Below are positions 34,576-43,084 of a stretch of DNA of 64,000 nt, one piece after another (the first letter of the stretch is position 1; every line of letters starts with the position of its first letter). A model generated the notes under the pieces. The model worked only from the letters and a program-made list of their open reading frames with translations, did no database searches and had not been told where the DNA came from. The position numbers and the translations under genes were made by a program. Source of the DNA: a virus. Lineage: Duplodnaviria > Caudoviricetes. The stretch lies in IMG/VR virus record IMGVR_UViG_3300037418_002116; one strand, given 5' to 3'.

Positions 34576-36288
34576 CTAAAATGTTTCAACGGTTGAAAAA
34601 TTTCCTTTTTTCACCACTTTCATAACCCGGTCGAAATTATCCACCATATTTTCACGATGGGAAATGACTATGATATTCGTTTCCTCGCCCATGGAGCGCA
34701 GGATTTCGAATACGTACTTGATACCATCTTCGTCCAAAGAGGAATCACCAACTTCGTCCAGAATCAGCAAATTGGTAGCCATCGAATTTTTCTTTCGGGC
34801 GATCTGCCTCCAAGCGAAAAGAATAGCCAAATCAATACGTTGCTTTTCACCTTCCGAGAAATTTTCATAAGAGAAATCGTCCCGGTAACGGGATTTGATA
34901 GACTCCTGAAAATTTTCGTCCAGATTGAAGCTCACATAAAAATCCATGGCCGAAAGATACTCATTAATAAGCTCATTCATATAAGGAATATATCGCTGCA
35001 CGATAGCGGTTTTTAGACCGTTGTCTTTCAGCATGAGCGCCGCCACGTTTTCGACTTCCCGCTCATTCATGAGTTTCTGTTTCGTGTTGAAATATTCCGT
35101 TACCAGCTTCCGGGCCTTTTTGAGGTTAGCCTTGGTGGTTTCCTCTTGGGTCGCATCCGAGTCATCAACCAAATCAGATTCGAGCTTGGTGATGAATTTG
35201 TTGTTGATGTGGACAGAGGATTGAAGCTCTGAAATCTTGCGGTTGGTCCGGTCGAGAGCATCGATGACCGCACCCTTTTTTTCAAGGTGTTCCGCAATCT
35301 GAATGAGCTTGGCCTTTTCCAGTTTGATCGTCTCTTCTAGAGGCGTATATGAAGTCGTGTGCGTATGGATTTCTTCGGCCTTAAACGTGCCGTCGATGCT
35401 CTGTTTGCATGTCGGGCAGTGATCGTTCTTTTCATAGAAGGCAACCCGGTTTTTATGCTCCCGCACCTTCTGTTCCATGGTCTGGGTGAACGACTCAATC
35501 GTCTTCTGCTTTTCGATAAGCTTGGCAAATTTGGCCTTCTTATCGTCAAGCGTTTCCTTTTCGGTCAAAAGCGTTTCAATCTGCTTTTGACTTACTTCAT
35601 TTTCTCCAAGCAGCCGGTCAATCTCTGAACGGGCACGATCCTTTCTATCCTGCTTCTGTCTATTGATCGATTCAAGAAAATCTTCATTCATCTTGACTTT
35701 CTCTTGTTCGATCTTCAAGAGCCCTTCGACTTCTTTCAGATGCTCTCGATTTTCCTCTTGCTGTTCCTTGAGCAAGGAATTCATGCGAGAGAATACAGAG
35801 ATATCAAGCAGGTCTTCAATGATTTCACGACGCTGTTGCGCCGTCAAACGCATAAACGGAACATAGTTGTTCGATCCGAGTACGACAATCTGTTTGAAAG
35901 AATTGAAGTTCAGGTTCAGCACATTTTCTTCAATGTACTTCTGATAATCCTTTGACGATGCAGACTGATTTATCAGAGTGCCGTCCATATAGATTTCAAA
36001 CACCGCTGGCTTAATACCACGACGGATCATGTAGGTTTTACCCTTCGTCTCGAATTCAATTTCGACCAAAAGGTTTTTGCCATTGATGGAGTTCACCAAT
36101 TGTGGCTTATTGATTTTGCGAAAGTCCTTTCCGAACAACGCAAACGTCAGCGCCGAAATCATGGTCGATTTACCAGCGCCGTTTTGCCCAATGATGAGTG
36201 TTCTCGGATGTGAACTTAGGTCTATTTCGACGGGATCATTACCCGTTGCTAGAAAATTCTTGTAGAGTAGACGTTTAAAAATTACCAA
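34576..36288 (-). CDS. 46: Recombination endonuclease ATPase subunit (gp46)
   Basis: GQNGAGKST; zinc hook CPTC; FSEGEKQRID; LDEVGD. Confidence 0.95.
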   Translation of the reverse strand: MVIFKRLLYKNFLATGNDPVEIDLSSHPRTLIIGQNGAGKSTMISALTFALFGKDFRKINKPQLVNSINGKNLLVEIEFETKGKTYMIRRGIKPAVFEIYMDGTLINQSASSKDYQKYIEENVLNLNFNSFKQIVVLGSNNYVPFMRLTAQQRREIIEDLLDISVFSRMNSLLKEQQEENREHLKEVEGLLKIEQEKVKMNEDFLESINRQKQDRKDRARSEIDRLLGENEVSQKQIETLLTEKETLDDKKAKFAKLIEKQKTIESFTQTMEQKVREHKNRVAFYEKNDHCPTCKQSIDGTFKAEEIHTHTTSYTPLEETIKLEKAKLIQIAEHLEKKGAVIDALDRTNRKISELQSSVHINNKFITKLESDLVDDSDATQEETTKANLKKARKLVTEYFNTKQKLMNEREVENVAALMLKDNGLKTAIVQRYIPYMNELINEYLSAMDFYVSFNLDENFQESIKSRYRDDFSYENFSEGEKQRIDLAILFAWRQIARKKNSMATNLLILDEVGDSSLDEDGIKYVFEILRSMGEETNIIVISHRENMVDNFDRVMKVVKKGNFSTVETF

Positions 36289-36297
36289 ATACTAGTC

Positions 36298-36579
36298 CTA
36301 AGCGTGTTCTTCAATCCATGTCATGTAATAGTTTCGCAATTCGTTGTACAAACCAGCATAATGTTCTGGAAAAGGCATTTCTGGAAATATTCTATGAACG
36401 AGACACAAGACAACCCATGACGGATTATCCATCAATAGTTCATAGATATGTATTCTTGCGTTTTCATCTGTCACAAGAGATTCGAATAGAGGATGGAGTT
36501 TCCAAGTTCTTGGATTTGAGTGGTATTTTACATCCTTATGAATCTTGTCGAGGACAGATTTGTATTCTTCAAATGTCAT
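36298..36579 (-). CDS. Hypothetical protein
   Basis: 93 aa between 47 and 46. Confidence 0.55.
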   Translation of the reverse strand: MTFEEYKSVLDKIHKDVKYHSNPRTWKLHPLFESLVTDENARIHIYELLMDNPSWVVLCLVHRIFPEMPFPEHYAGLYNELRNYYMTWIEEHA

Positions 36580-37634
36580 AATTCAAGCTCATTTGCTTTT
36601 TGATACAGATTCGTGAACAGACCCAAAAGCTTATCCTTTCGGACGGTCAGCTTTTGATCCGAGTTCTGAATGTATCGGGTAATAAAGGTAAGAGTATCTT
36701 CGATTTCGAAGTTGCCTTCTTCCTGACTGGTTTCAGCCCGGAATAAAGGTTCTTCTACCACTATGACGTTGGCGGCGTTGGTCTTGTTCAGCCTGTCCAG
36801 ATACTTTTCGAAGTTAACTGGATTAGTCTTGTTCTTGACCACAACTTTGATGTAGGAATTGTCGATAACAGATGTATCGAGTTCCTGTTCGCCCATTGAG
36901 TCATCATAGCTCAATTTCTTGAACAGCTTATACGGATTTTCGATAAAGTCAATAGTCAATGTTTCTGTATCGAGAACATGGAAGCCTTTGGCCACGTCGT
37001 GATCGGCCCACGTCATTTCATATGGCGTTCCAAGGTACATGATGCCGTTGGAATACGATTTGAAATGAAAATGGCCAGAGAACACAGACAGATAGGCATC
37101 GAAAATCGAACGGTTCAAGCCATGTTCAGCCGGACGGCCACGCAACATTTCATAACCTTGAATTTCAAGGTGACCCATGATGATTTTGGCATGAGCTTGT
37201 TCGATCATTTCCATGGTGAGCGCCTGATTTTCAGGAGTAATCCATGGAATCATCAGAATTTTTAGATCACCAAACGTTTCATAAGTCGGCTCGGAATAGA
37301 TCGTGAAATTGTAGTCCTTCAAAAGCAGCATTGGCGAATTGACGGCCAACGTATTCCGGAAAAACGAAGAGTGGTTTCCGAGAATGATGCGAAGGTCGAT
37401 GTCCCGCTCTGCGATCTTGTCGAAATACATTTCCCGTGTCATTTGGAGCGTCTGGAAATTGACGTATTTCCGACGATCAAACGTGTCACCAAGATCAATC
37501 ACGGTTTTGATACCGTGATTGTCCAGATATGGAAAAAAGATATCGTCATAGAACTTTTTGTGATAATTCAGAAGCACCAAGGAATCATTGCGGACGCCGA
37601 AGTGCTGGTCTGTGATTAAAGCGATCTTACTCAT
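36576..37634 (-). CDS. 47: Recombination endonuclease nuclease subunit (gp47)
   Basis: TDQHFG; LGDTFD; GNH; SGHFH. Confidence 0.95.
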   Translation of the reverse strand: MSKIALITDQHFGVRNDSLVLLNYHKKFYDDIFFPYLDNHGIKTVIDLGDTFDRRKYVNFQTLQMTREMYFDKIAERDIDLRIILGNHSSFFRNTLAVNSPMLLLKDYNFTIYSEPTYETFGDLKILMIPWITPENQALTMEMIEQAHAKIIMGHLEIQGYEMLRGRPAEHGLNRSIFDAYLSVFSGHFHFKSYSNGIMYLGTPYEMTWADHDVAKGFHVLDTETLTIDFIENPYKLFKKLSYDDSMGEQELDTSVIDNSYIKVVVKNKTNPVNFEKYLDRLNKTNAANVIVVEEPLFRAETSQEEGNFEIEDTLTFITRYIQNSDQKLTVRKDKLLGLFTNLYQKANELEL

Positions 37635-37815
37635 TCGAGAATGTTTTTTCCCACATGGTAATTTCTTTTGGATATTCAGTCCTCAATTCGTTTATCAGCT
37701 TGAAATATCTCTTTTGTTCTTTACTTCCAATTTTTGTTCTAGCAGCATCATGATGTTTGAAAAGCAAATCGACATAGACCAAACCAATGGCTTGTGATAA
37801 ATTATCATTCATCAT
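37627..37815 (-). CDS. Hypothetical protein
   Basis: 62 aa; coupled ends. Confidence 0.5.
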   Translation of the reverse strand: MMNDNLSQAIGLVYVDLLFKHHDAARTKIGSKEQKRYFKLINELRTEYPKEITMWEKTFSNE

Positions 37816-38365
37816 CTTTTTTCTTTGTCACCTTCTTTTTCTTCTTCTCTACCGAAGCTTCGAACTTTTCAACGAACAAGTTCATGTTCTCACGGGCACC
37901 ATCAGAATATTTCACCATGCTATTGTTACCGCCTTCCGTGCCGGATTGAGTTTCCGACGTGCCAAGAAAGATTTCAGTATTTTCAATAGATTTGAATTTG
38001 GTGTACAAATACTTCTTCTCTTTCTCGATACGACGCAAAAACGCATACCAAGAAATCTGGGTGAAATAAGAGAATGGAGAGGTTGATTTTTCGGGGTCGA
38101 AGTTGTCAATATATTGGATGCAATTAATGATGGCATCCGAGACAAGTTCATCACGGAAAGGATACTTCTGAAATTGATGTAGGTGAGATAGCTTTTCTGC
38201 AATATCCCACAAGCACTTTCCAATGTAATCATTGACTGGTGGCTTTGGTTTGCCTTGTTCCTTGGCAATCTTGACCGCAGTCGCATATTTCGTCATTTCA
38301 GTGTAAAACTTTTTGTTATCTACATAATGTTCCGCTGTTTCTTTGTTGTTCTTCTTAGATTTCAA
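37805..38365 (-). CDS. 55: Late sigma factor (gp55)
   Basis: HYVDNKKF..YIGKC..FRDELVSDA..NFDPEKS..FSYFTQISWYAFLRRIEKEKK. Confidence 0.95.
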   Translation of the reverse strand: MKSKKNNKETAEHYVDNKKFYTEMTKYATAVKIAKEQGKPKPPVNDYIGKCLWDIAEKLSHLHQFQKYPFRDELVSDAIINCIQYIDNFDPEKSTSPFSYFTQISWYAFLRRIEKEKKYLYTKFKSIENTEIFLGTSETQSGTEGGNNSMVKYSDGARENMNLFVEKFEASVEKKKKKVTKKKDDE

Positions 38366-38733
38366 TGTAAATGTTTACTCTTCTCTTTCTGTTGTTCCTT
38401 CAATCTATCATGATAATCAGCCAGCAAGTCGTATGCATCGGCGGTTTTGTTTGCGTATAGGGTTCCAAGAATGGCGTTCGGCACAACTTTGAATAAGATG
38501 TCTGTCTTTTCTATTGTCACCATTTGATCGATACCGTAGGGAATAGCCGGTTGAATCGACATTCCCATTTGCTCCCCGGTATCGACAATTATTATATCCA
38601 TAACAGAGGACAGAAGAAGATGTGTTTCATCCTCTGCATCTCTTGTTCCCATTATGGTTTCGCCACTTTTAAGACGAATATATAGGATTCGTCTTAGATT
38701 TTTGTCGGAAGCTTGGCTTTGTATATTTTGTAT
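38362..38733 (-). CDS. Conserved uvsW-55 intergenic protein, proposed non-canonical start
   Basis: IRLKSGETIMG motif extends upstream of the first ATG (38652); AAGGAAGG-N6-ATA at 38733. Confidence 0.55.
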   Translation of the reverse strand: MQNIQSQASDKNLRRILYIRLKSGETIMGTRDAEDETHLLLSSVMDIIIVDTGEQMGMSIQPAIPYGIDQMVTIEKTDILFKVVPNAILGTLYANKTADAYDLLADYHDRLKEQQKEKSKHLH

Positions 38734-40184
38734 TTTAAACCTTCCTTGGCATAGATTTTAAGCCGCTTTTCAAGGTGAGTATATGTATGATTCTTACGGT
38801 CGTTATGGCGAAAGTCATCCGCCAAATCGAACAATGTCACATGATCCTTTTCCTGACCACGGCGAAGGCCACGGCCAATGGATTGGAGATTACGAACTTT
38901 TGATTTGCTTGGGAAAGCGAAAATCATATAATCGAGGTTCACAATGTTAATGCCACGACTATACGTTCCATATGAAGCGACGATAATATTGTTTCGTGAC
39001 GCTTCTGTGTCTTCTCTGATTACTTCACGGTCGGCAACCGACACATCCCCGTAAACAAAATGAATATTCTTGTTTTTATCGTTTCTTTCCAGTATTTTAT
39101 CATACAATATTTTGCCATGTTTGTCAACATAATTGTAAAATACAAGAACATTGCCCGGCAAAGATTGTGCCAAGTTTGCAATGAAATTATTGCGTTCTTC
39201 GTTTGCTATAAGGAAAGCTACTTCTGTCTTGTACTCCTTATTTGCCTTCTTTGCGAAGTGTTGACGCACTTCATCTTCATAGCTGAATACAATCACTTTT
39301 AGGGTAAGATCGGAAGAGAACTTGCGATCTATCATTTCCCGTGTGCGGATGAACTGTTTGATCGGGCCGAACAGACCGGTCAATACCAGTTCGTGTAAAT
39401 CGACTTCATCAATCGTACCGGTGAACCCGAGGCGAACGGAGGCGTCCAGAACATCCATGATTTTCCGGATCGAAGCGCCCTTGGCTTCATGGGCTTCGTC
39501 CACCAACACGGCGTCATAGCCTTGAAACCAGCGCTTGGTTTGGTTGATGGCCGATTGCCACGTCGTGATAACGATATCGTTCAGATTGGTTTTCTGGAAA
39601 CCTTCATAGACACGGGAGCATTCATCCTGAACATTCCAGCTATCGTCCAGACTTGAATAATATGCAAAATCCTTGTACATTTGTTCCACCAGAGCTTTCG
39701 ATGGAACAATGAGCATTGTTTTACATTTGAAATATCGTATCAGAGAGTAGATGGCGAGCGACTTGCCGCTGTTCACGGCAGAAAGCGCCAGCATCCGTTT
39801 TTCACGGATTGCGTGTGCGATGGTCGCAAGCTGATAGTCTCGGGCTTCGATGCCTTCCGGCAATTTCAGGGTTTTAAGAAAATCTTCGGCTTCTTTGATC
39901 GAAAACGGTGCGTTCGAATCATCGAAGTGAACATCGCATTGATATCCTCGCTCTTCACAGAATACCTTGACATGGTTCAGGAGCCCGTAATAGAGCGTCT
40001 TGTCCTGAAATTTGTATAATCGAATTTTTCCATCCCAAATCTTCGCTTTGAATTTTGGACTGTGCACCGCATTGGGTGCCATAAACGTGAAAAATTCCCA
40101 AAGTTCTTTCTCTACCGCCGTCGTACTTCTGATTTTTATGTACGTGTTATTGTGATGGTAGACATCTACTATAGTATTGATAAT
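38694..40184 (-). CDS. uvsW: UvsW helicase, proposed ATT start
   Basis: WDGKIRL; NSGKS; DEAH; GRGLR; open frame upstream of ATG 40082 aligns with the T4 UvsW N-terminus. Confidence 0.92.
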   Translation of the reverse strand: MINTIVDVYHHNNTYIKIRSTTAVEKELWEFFTFMAPNAVHSPKFKAKIWDGKIRLYKFQDKTLYYGLLNHVKVFCEERGYQCDVHFDDSNAPFSIKEAEDFLKTLKLPEGIEARDYQLATIAHAIREKRMLALSAVNSGKSLAIYSLIRYFKCKTMLIVPSKALVEQMYKDFAYYSSLDDSWNVQDECSRVYEGFQKTNLNDIVITTWQSAINQTKRWFQGYDAVLVDEAHEAKGASIRKIMDVLDASVRLGFTGTIDEVDLHELVLTGLFGPIKQFIRTREMIDRKFSSDLTLKVIVFSYEDEVRQHFAKKANKEYKTEVAFLIANEERNNFIANLAQSLPGNVLVFYNYVDKHGKILYDKILERNDKNKNIHFVYGDVSVADREVIREDTEASRNNIIVASYGTYSRGINIVNLDYMIFAFPSKSKVRNLQSIGRGLRRGQEKDHVTLFDLADDFRHNDRKNHTYTHLEKRLKIYAKEGLKYKIYKAKLPTKI

Positions 40185-40627
40185 TACATTCCTGAATAAT
40201 ATTTTTTCATTTCAATCCAGTTGGCAATATCTTTTGTTCTATTCCAACGGATATAATCAATGACTTCTTTGCAATATAAAACGATATCTTCTTCTTTTTC
40301 TAAACGGTCCATGAGAGACTGATACATGGGATCAGCTTTAGCCATCTTTTCCGCTTGATCTTTCGTTTTCGCAATTAGCGGACTTTTGGCTGTTCTCTTC
40401 AATTCTTCAAGATATATGCCTTGAAGGTAATAACCCTCTAACCAAAACTGGACAGTTTCTTTTTTACGGAGTAGAGAACGATATATGTTTTTATGGGCAT
40501 GAAGATAGTTCAAATATTTTCTGTGAATCATCTGGCCACTGGCAGAGTCTTCAAGCATCCCATTTGGGTCATCATATCTAATGATCGAATCTTTAGCGTA
40601 TTCCGTTTGTATTTCTTCTAGTGTCAA
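40184..40627 (-). CDS. uvsY: Recombination mediator
   Basis: MTLEEIQTEYAKDSII..HRKYL..IANWIEMKKYYSGM; synteny. Confidence 0.8.
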   Translation of the reverse strand: MTLEEIQTEYAKDSIIRYDDPNGMLEDSASGQMIHRKYLNYLHAHKNIYRSLLRKKETVQFWLEGYYLQGIYLEELKRTAKSPLIAKTKDQAEKMAKADPMYQSLMDRLEKEEDIVLYCKEVIDYIRWNRTKDIANWIEMKKYYSGM

Positions 40628-40651
40628 CAGTATTTCCTATGTTTATATCCA

Positions 40652-40680
40652 AATATACATGAAAAATGAGTACAAGTCAA
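40652..40680 (-). promoter_or_regulatory. Sigma70-type promoter for uvsY
   Basis: TTGACT-N17-TATATT. Confidence 0.75.
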
Positions 40681-40689
40681 ATCTTGTCA

Positions 40690-40902
40690 AGTCTTTTCTC
40701 GAAAAAAGATTCATTGCGGAATCAAACACTTAGTTATATTTTGGGTATATTGCAACAAATCGTGATTTGACTCTGGTTTCCGGGTGTATTATCGTCTGTC
40801 CTTATGAACATAGAGTCTTCTAATGAATCTATAATAACACAACTGGATAAGCCTTCGGCTATCGAACGTAGTTCGATTGTCTAGTGATTCATTAATGAAT
40901 CT
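40690..40902. other. AT-rich non-coding region with GATTCATT repeats and hairpins (origin candidate)
   Basis: GATTCATT at 40708, reverse copy at 40822, palindrome GATTCATTAATGAATC at 40886-40901; small hairpins at 40850-40877. Confidence 0.4.
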
Positions 40903-41442
40903 TTATATAAACTCATACCAATCATATTTGAATCCGACTGTAGCTGACACAGTACCTTTCTCGGTTGTGTCCATATCGATTCCAGTCAAACTAATGGGCA
41001 TCATGTTACGGAACGTGATATTGATGTTTGGATTCGAAGAGTTCGTTAGAGAGAATAAAGTACCATCAGATGTTACATTGTAACGTTCTGTAACATTCAA
41101 TCTCTTTGCTTCAAAATCTTTGAACTGGTCTGTATTTTGTGGAGCGGTGATACCCACCATCCAATTAAATATTTCCTTGTAGTTTGTTAAATCTTCCGAT
41201 ACACGGAATGATAGAATCAAGTCCTCATAGTACAACTTAGTTGCACCAACGGAAAAATAGTTCAATGGATTGTGGATGACCTTTGGGTCAAAAGAAATTC
41301 CGGGTAGATTCGCACGGAAACAGAAAAATTCTACATTCTTGGCTTCATGAAGCACGAATTTGAATTTATCGACATAAAGCGGATTGACGTTTATGGGTAC
41401 AATCGGTGGACGTTCGATATCAGCCATTTTTTCTGTTGACAT
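40903..41442 (-). CDS. 3: Tail tube terminator / sheath stabiliser (gp3)
   Basis: FKFVL..VEFFC..ANLPGI..YEDLILSFRVSEDLTNYKEIFNWM; TATAAATA at 41479-41472. Confidence 0.85.
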   Translation of the reverse strand: MSTEKMADIERPPIVPINVNPLYVDKFKFVLHEAKNVEFFCFRANLPGISFDPKVIHNPLNYFSVGATKLYYEDLILSFRVSEDLTNYKEIFNWMVGITAPQNTDQFKDFEAKRLNVTERYNVTSDGTLFSLTNSSNPNINITFRNMMPISLTGIDMDTTEKGTVSATVGFKYDWYEFI

Positions 41443-41492
41443 TCCTAAAAAATTCGGTATGAGTGTGAATGTATTTATAAGGAAAGTGACCG

Positions 41493-41663
41493 ATGAAGAC
41501 CGGCGATACCGTTAAGGTTCTGACCTCCCTCACAATGCCCGACGAAAAGGGTAGAGTGAGGGAGATTACGAATCAGGGTCGTGTTGTTGTAGAATTCTCG
41601 GGAAGCCGGGTTGGTTTCTACACTTTAGGGCAGGACGAGTTCGAAATTATCGAATCAGCCTAA
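41493..41663 (+). CDS. Small SH3/KOW-like protein (56 aa)
   Basis: AAGGA SD; MKTGDTVKV..GRV..VVVEF. Confidence 0.55.
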   Translation: MKTGDTVKVLTSLTMPDEKGRVREITNQGRVVVEFSGSRVGFYTLGQDEFEIIESA

Positions 41664-41670
41664 ATAGAAA

Positions 41671-41748
41671 GCCCATGTAGGCCAATCGGTTAGAGTCGGC
41701 GGACTTAAAATCCGTACAGTGTGGGTTCGAATCCCACCATGGGCACCA
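41671..41748 (+). tRNA. tRNA-Leu(UAA) with short variable region
   Basis: GCCCATG/CATGGGC; GCGGA-CTTAAAA-TCCGT; 5-nt variable region; CCA; TAAATA at 41661. Confidence 0.88.
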
Positions 41749-41762
41749 AAACAGGAATAGTT

Positions 41763-41978
41763 ATGAAAATATTCATTTCGTGCAAACATTCCGATATGCT
41801 GGATATGCAAATCGAGGATGAAGACGGGAACTTGATTTTGGAACACCAAGGTTATGGACCAAACATCGGTTCTTTATCTGGTGGAGATTATCTAAGTCTG
41901 GTGATCGATAACGACACTGGAAAAATAATCGATTGGAAACCAATTACCCAAGACGAAATTGAGAACTTCGATGAGTGA
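41763..41978 (+). CDS. Hypothetical protein
   Basis: Start MKIFISCKHSD. Confidence 0.6.
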   Translation: MKIFISCKHSDMLDMQIEDEDGNLILEHQGYGPNIGSLSGGDYLSLVIDNDTGKIIDWKPITQDEIENFDE

Positions 41979-42207
41979 TGAAGACGATTCACGTGACCAA
42001 CATCGCCGGAAAATGATGGCGTTTGTGGCCAGTGGTGACACGCCAGATGTGGACGGTCGCAATCTGGGTAACGCTCTCTACACGATGGGCGAACTTGGAT
42101 TGTTTGCAGATGACGTGGATTCGGTTTCGACCGAACAAGCCATTCGCATATATAAACTGATTTCGGCGGTCATGTTAAATGGCTTCCCGAACGATTTGAA
42201 AATGTAA
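41971..42207 (+). CDS. Hypothetical protein
   Basis: Start MSDEDD; 78 aa. Confidence 0.55.
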   Translation: MSDEDDSRDQHRRKMMAFVASGDTPDVDGRNLGNALYTMGELGLFADDVDSVSTEQAIRIYKLISAVMLNGFPNDLKM

Positions 42208-42210
42208 TAA

Positions 42211-42287
42211 CGGCGGTTCGTACAGCGGCCTAGTACCCCCTGCTCATAACAGGTGCAACGCCGGTTCGAATCCGGCACCGCCAACCA
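42211..42287 (+). tRNA. tRNA-Met(CAU) with C1:A72 mismatch
   Basis: CGGCGGT/ACCGCCA; CT-CAT-AA loop; GCCGG-TTCGAAT-CCGGC; CCA. Confidence 0.88.
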
Positions 42288-42288
42288 A

Positions 42289-42385
42289 ATTCCTCCGTTA
42301 CGGGCATGTACCGTCACTTGGAGTCCCCTATATTTCGCCGGTCGGATAGGGCACCGTTCAATTCGGGAAACGGAGGAGTCGACCA
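42289..42385 (+). ncRNA. Structured tRNA-like RNA candidate
   Basis: 11-bp closing stem, internal hairpins, CCG-TTCAATT-CGG T-loop-like arm, ends ACCA. Confidence 0.42.
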
Positions 42386-42400
42386 TTCAACAAGGGAAAT

Positions 42401-42730
42401 ATGAACACATCTCCATGGGGGAATCCTGCCCCTATCGAAATTCAGGATGAAGCCGACACACCTTTTTATTTCGAAGTCGGCTCGGAAGATGATAAGTTTG
42501 ATTTTGTTTGCACTTCCGCTGATTTGAAAGATATGGTAATTGCGAGTGTGCTTCCATACATGGCGCTTTCGAAGCTTTCTGCCAGTGACATCCTCATTTT
42601 CACATATCGAGAAGAGATAGACGAAATCGCAATCAATCCGGAAATTCCGGCTGGTTATTTCCGTTTGTTTCACGTCGGTAGCAAAACAGACTTCAAAGAA
42701 TTCAAAATTCACGAAAAAAAGGTTGTATAA
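42401..42730 (+). CDS. Hypothetical protein
   Basis: 109 aa; AAGGGA SD. Confidence 0.6.
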   Translation: MNTSPWGNPAPIEIQDEADTPFYFEVGSEDDKFDFVCTSADLKDMVIASVLPYMALSKLSASDILIFTYREEIDEIAINPEIPAGYFRLFHVGSKTDFKEFKIHEKKVV

Positions 42731-42921
42731 TGGAAAAAGTTGTGACATATAGAGAAATTGTGGTTGATGGGGAGACTCATTTGCCTACATATACAAGAAC
42801 CGTTTGGGAAGAGCCTTATTATGAACATGGCGATTCTTTTAACGGTCGTGCGCTACCGGTTCTGGTAGCAGCCGGTACGATTGCTGCATTGATTTCTTTG
42901 TTCCTCATTGCGGTTGTCTAA
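42730..42921 (+). CDS. Small membrane protein
   Basis: TAATG coupling; C-terminal TM. Confidence 0.55.
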   Translation: MEKVVTYREIVVDGETHLPTYTRTVWEEPYYEHGDSFNGRALPVLVAAGTIAALISLFLIAVV

Positions 42922-42926
42922 AATAT

Positions 42927-43003
42927 TGGAACGTAGCTTAGCCCGGTAAAGCCCTCAACTGATAATTGAGAGATCAGTGGTTCGAATCCACTCGTTCCAA
43001 CCA
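42927..43003 (+). tRNA. tRNA-Ile(GAU)
   Basis: TGGAACG/CGTTCCA; CTCAA-CTGATAA-TTGAG; CCA. Confidence 0.92.
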
Positions 43004-43022
43004 AACATTTAAATATCACTCA

Positions 43023-43051
43023 TTGACATTCCCATATAAGTCCAATATGTT
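43023..43051 (+). promoter_or_regulatory. Sigma70-type promoter
   Basis: TTGACA-N17-TATGTT. Confidence 0.7.
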
Positions 43052-43084
43052 TCGAAAAATTAACCGAAACCAAAGGATTCGCAT

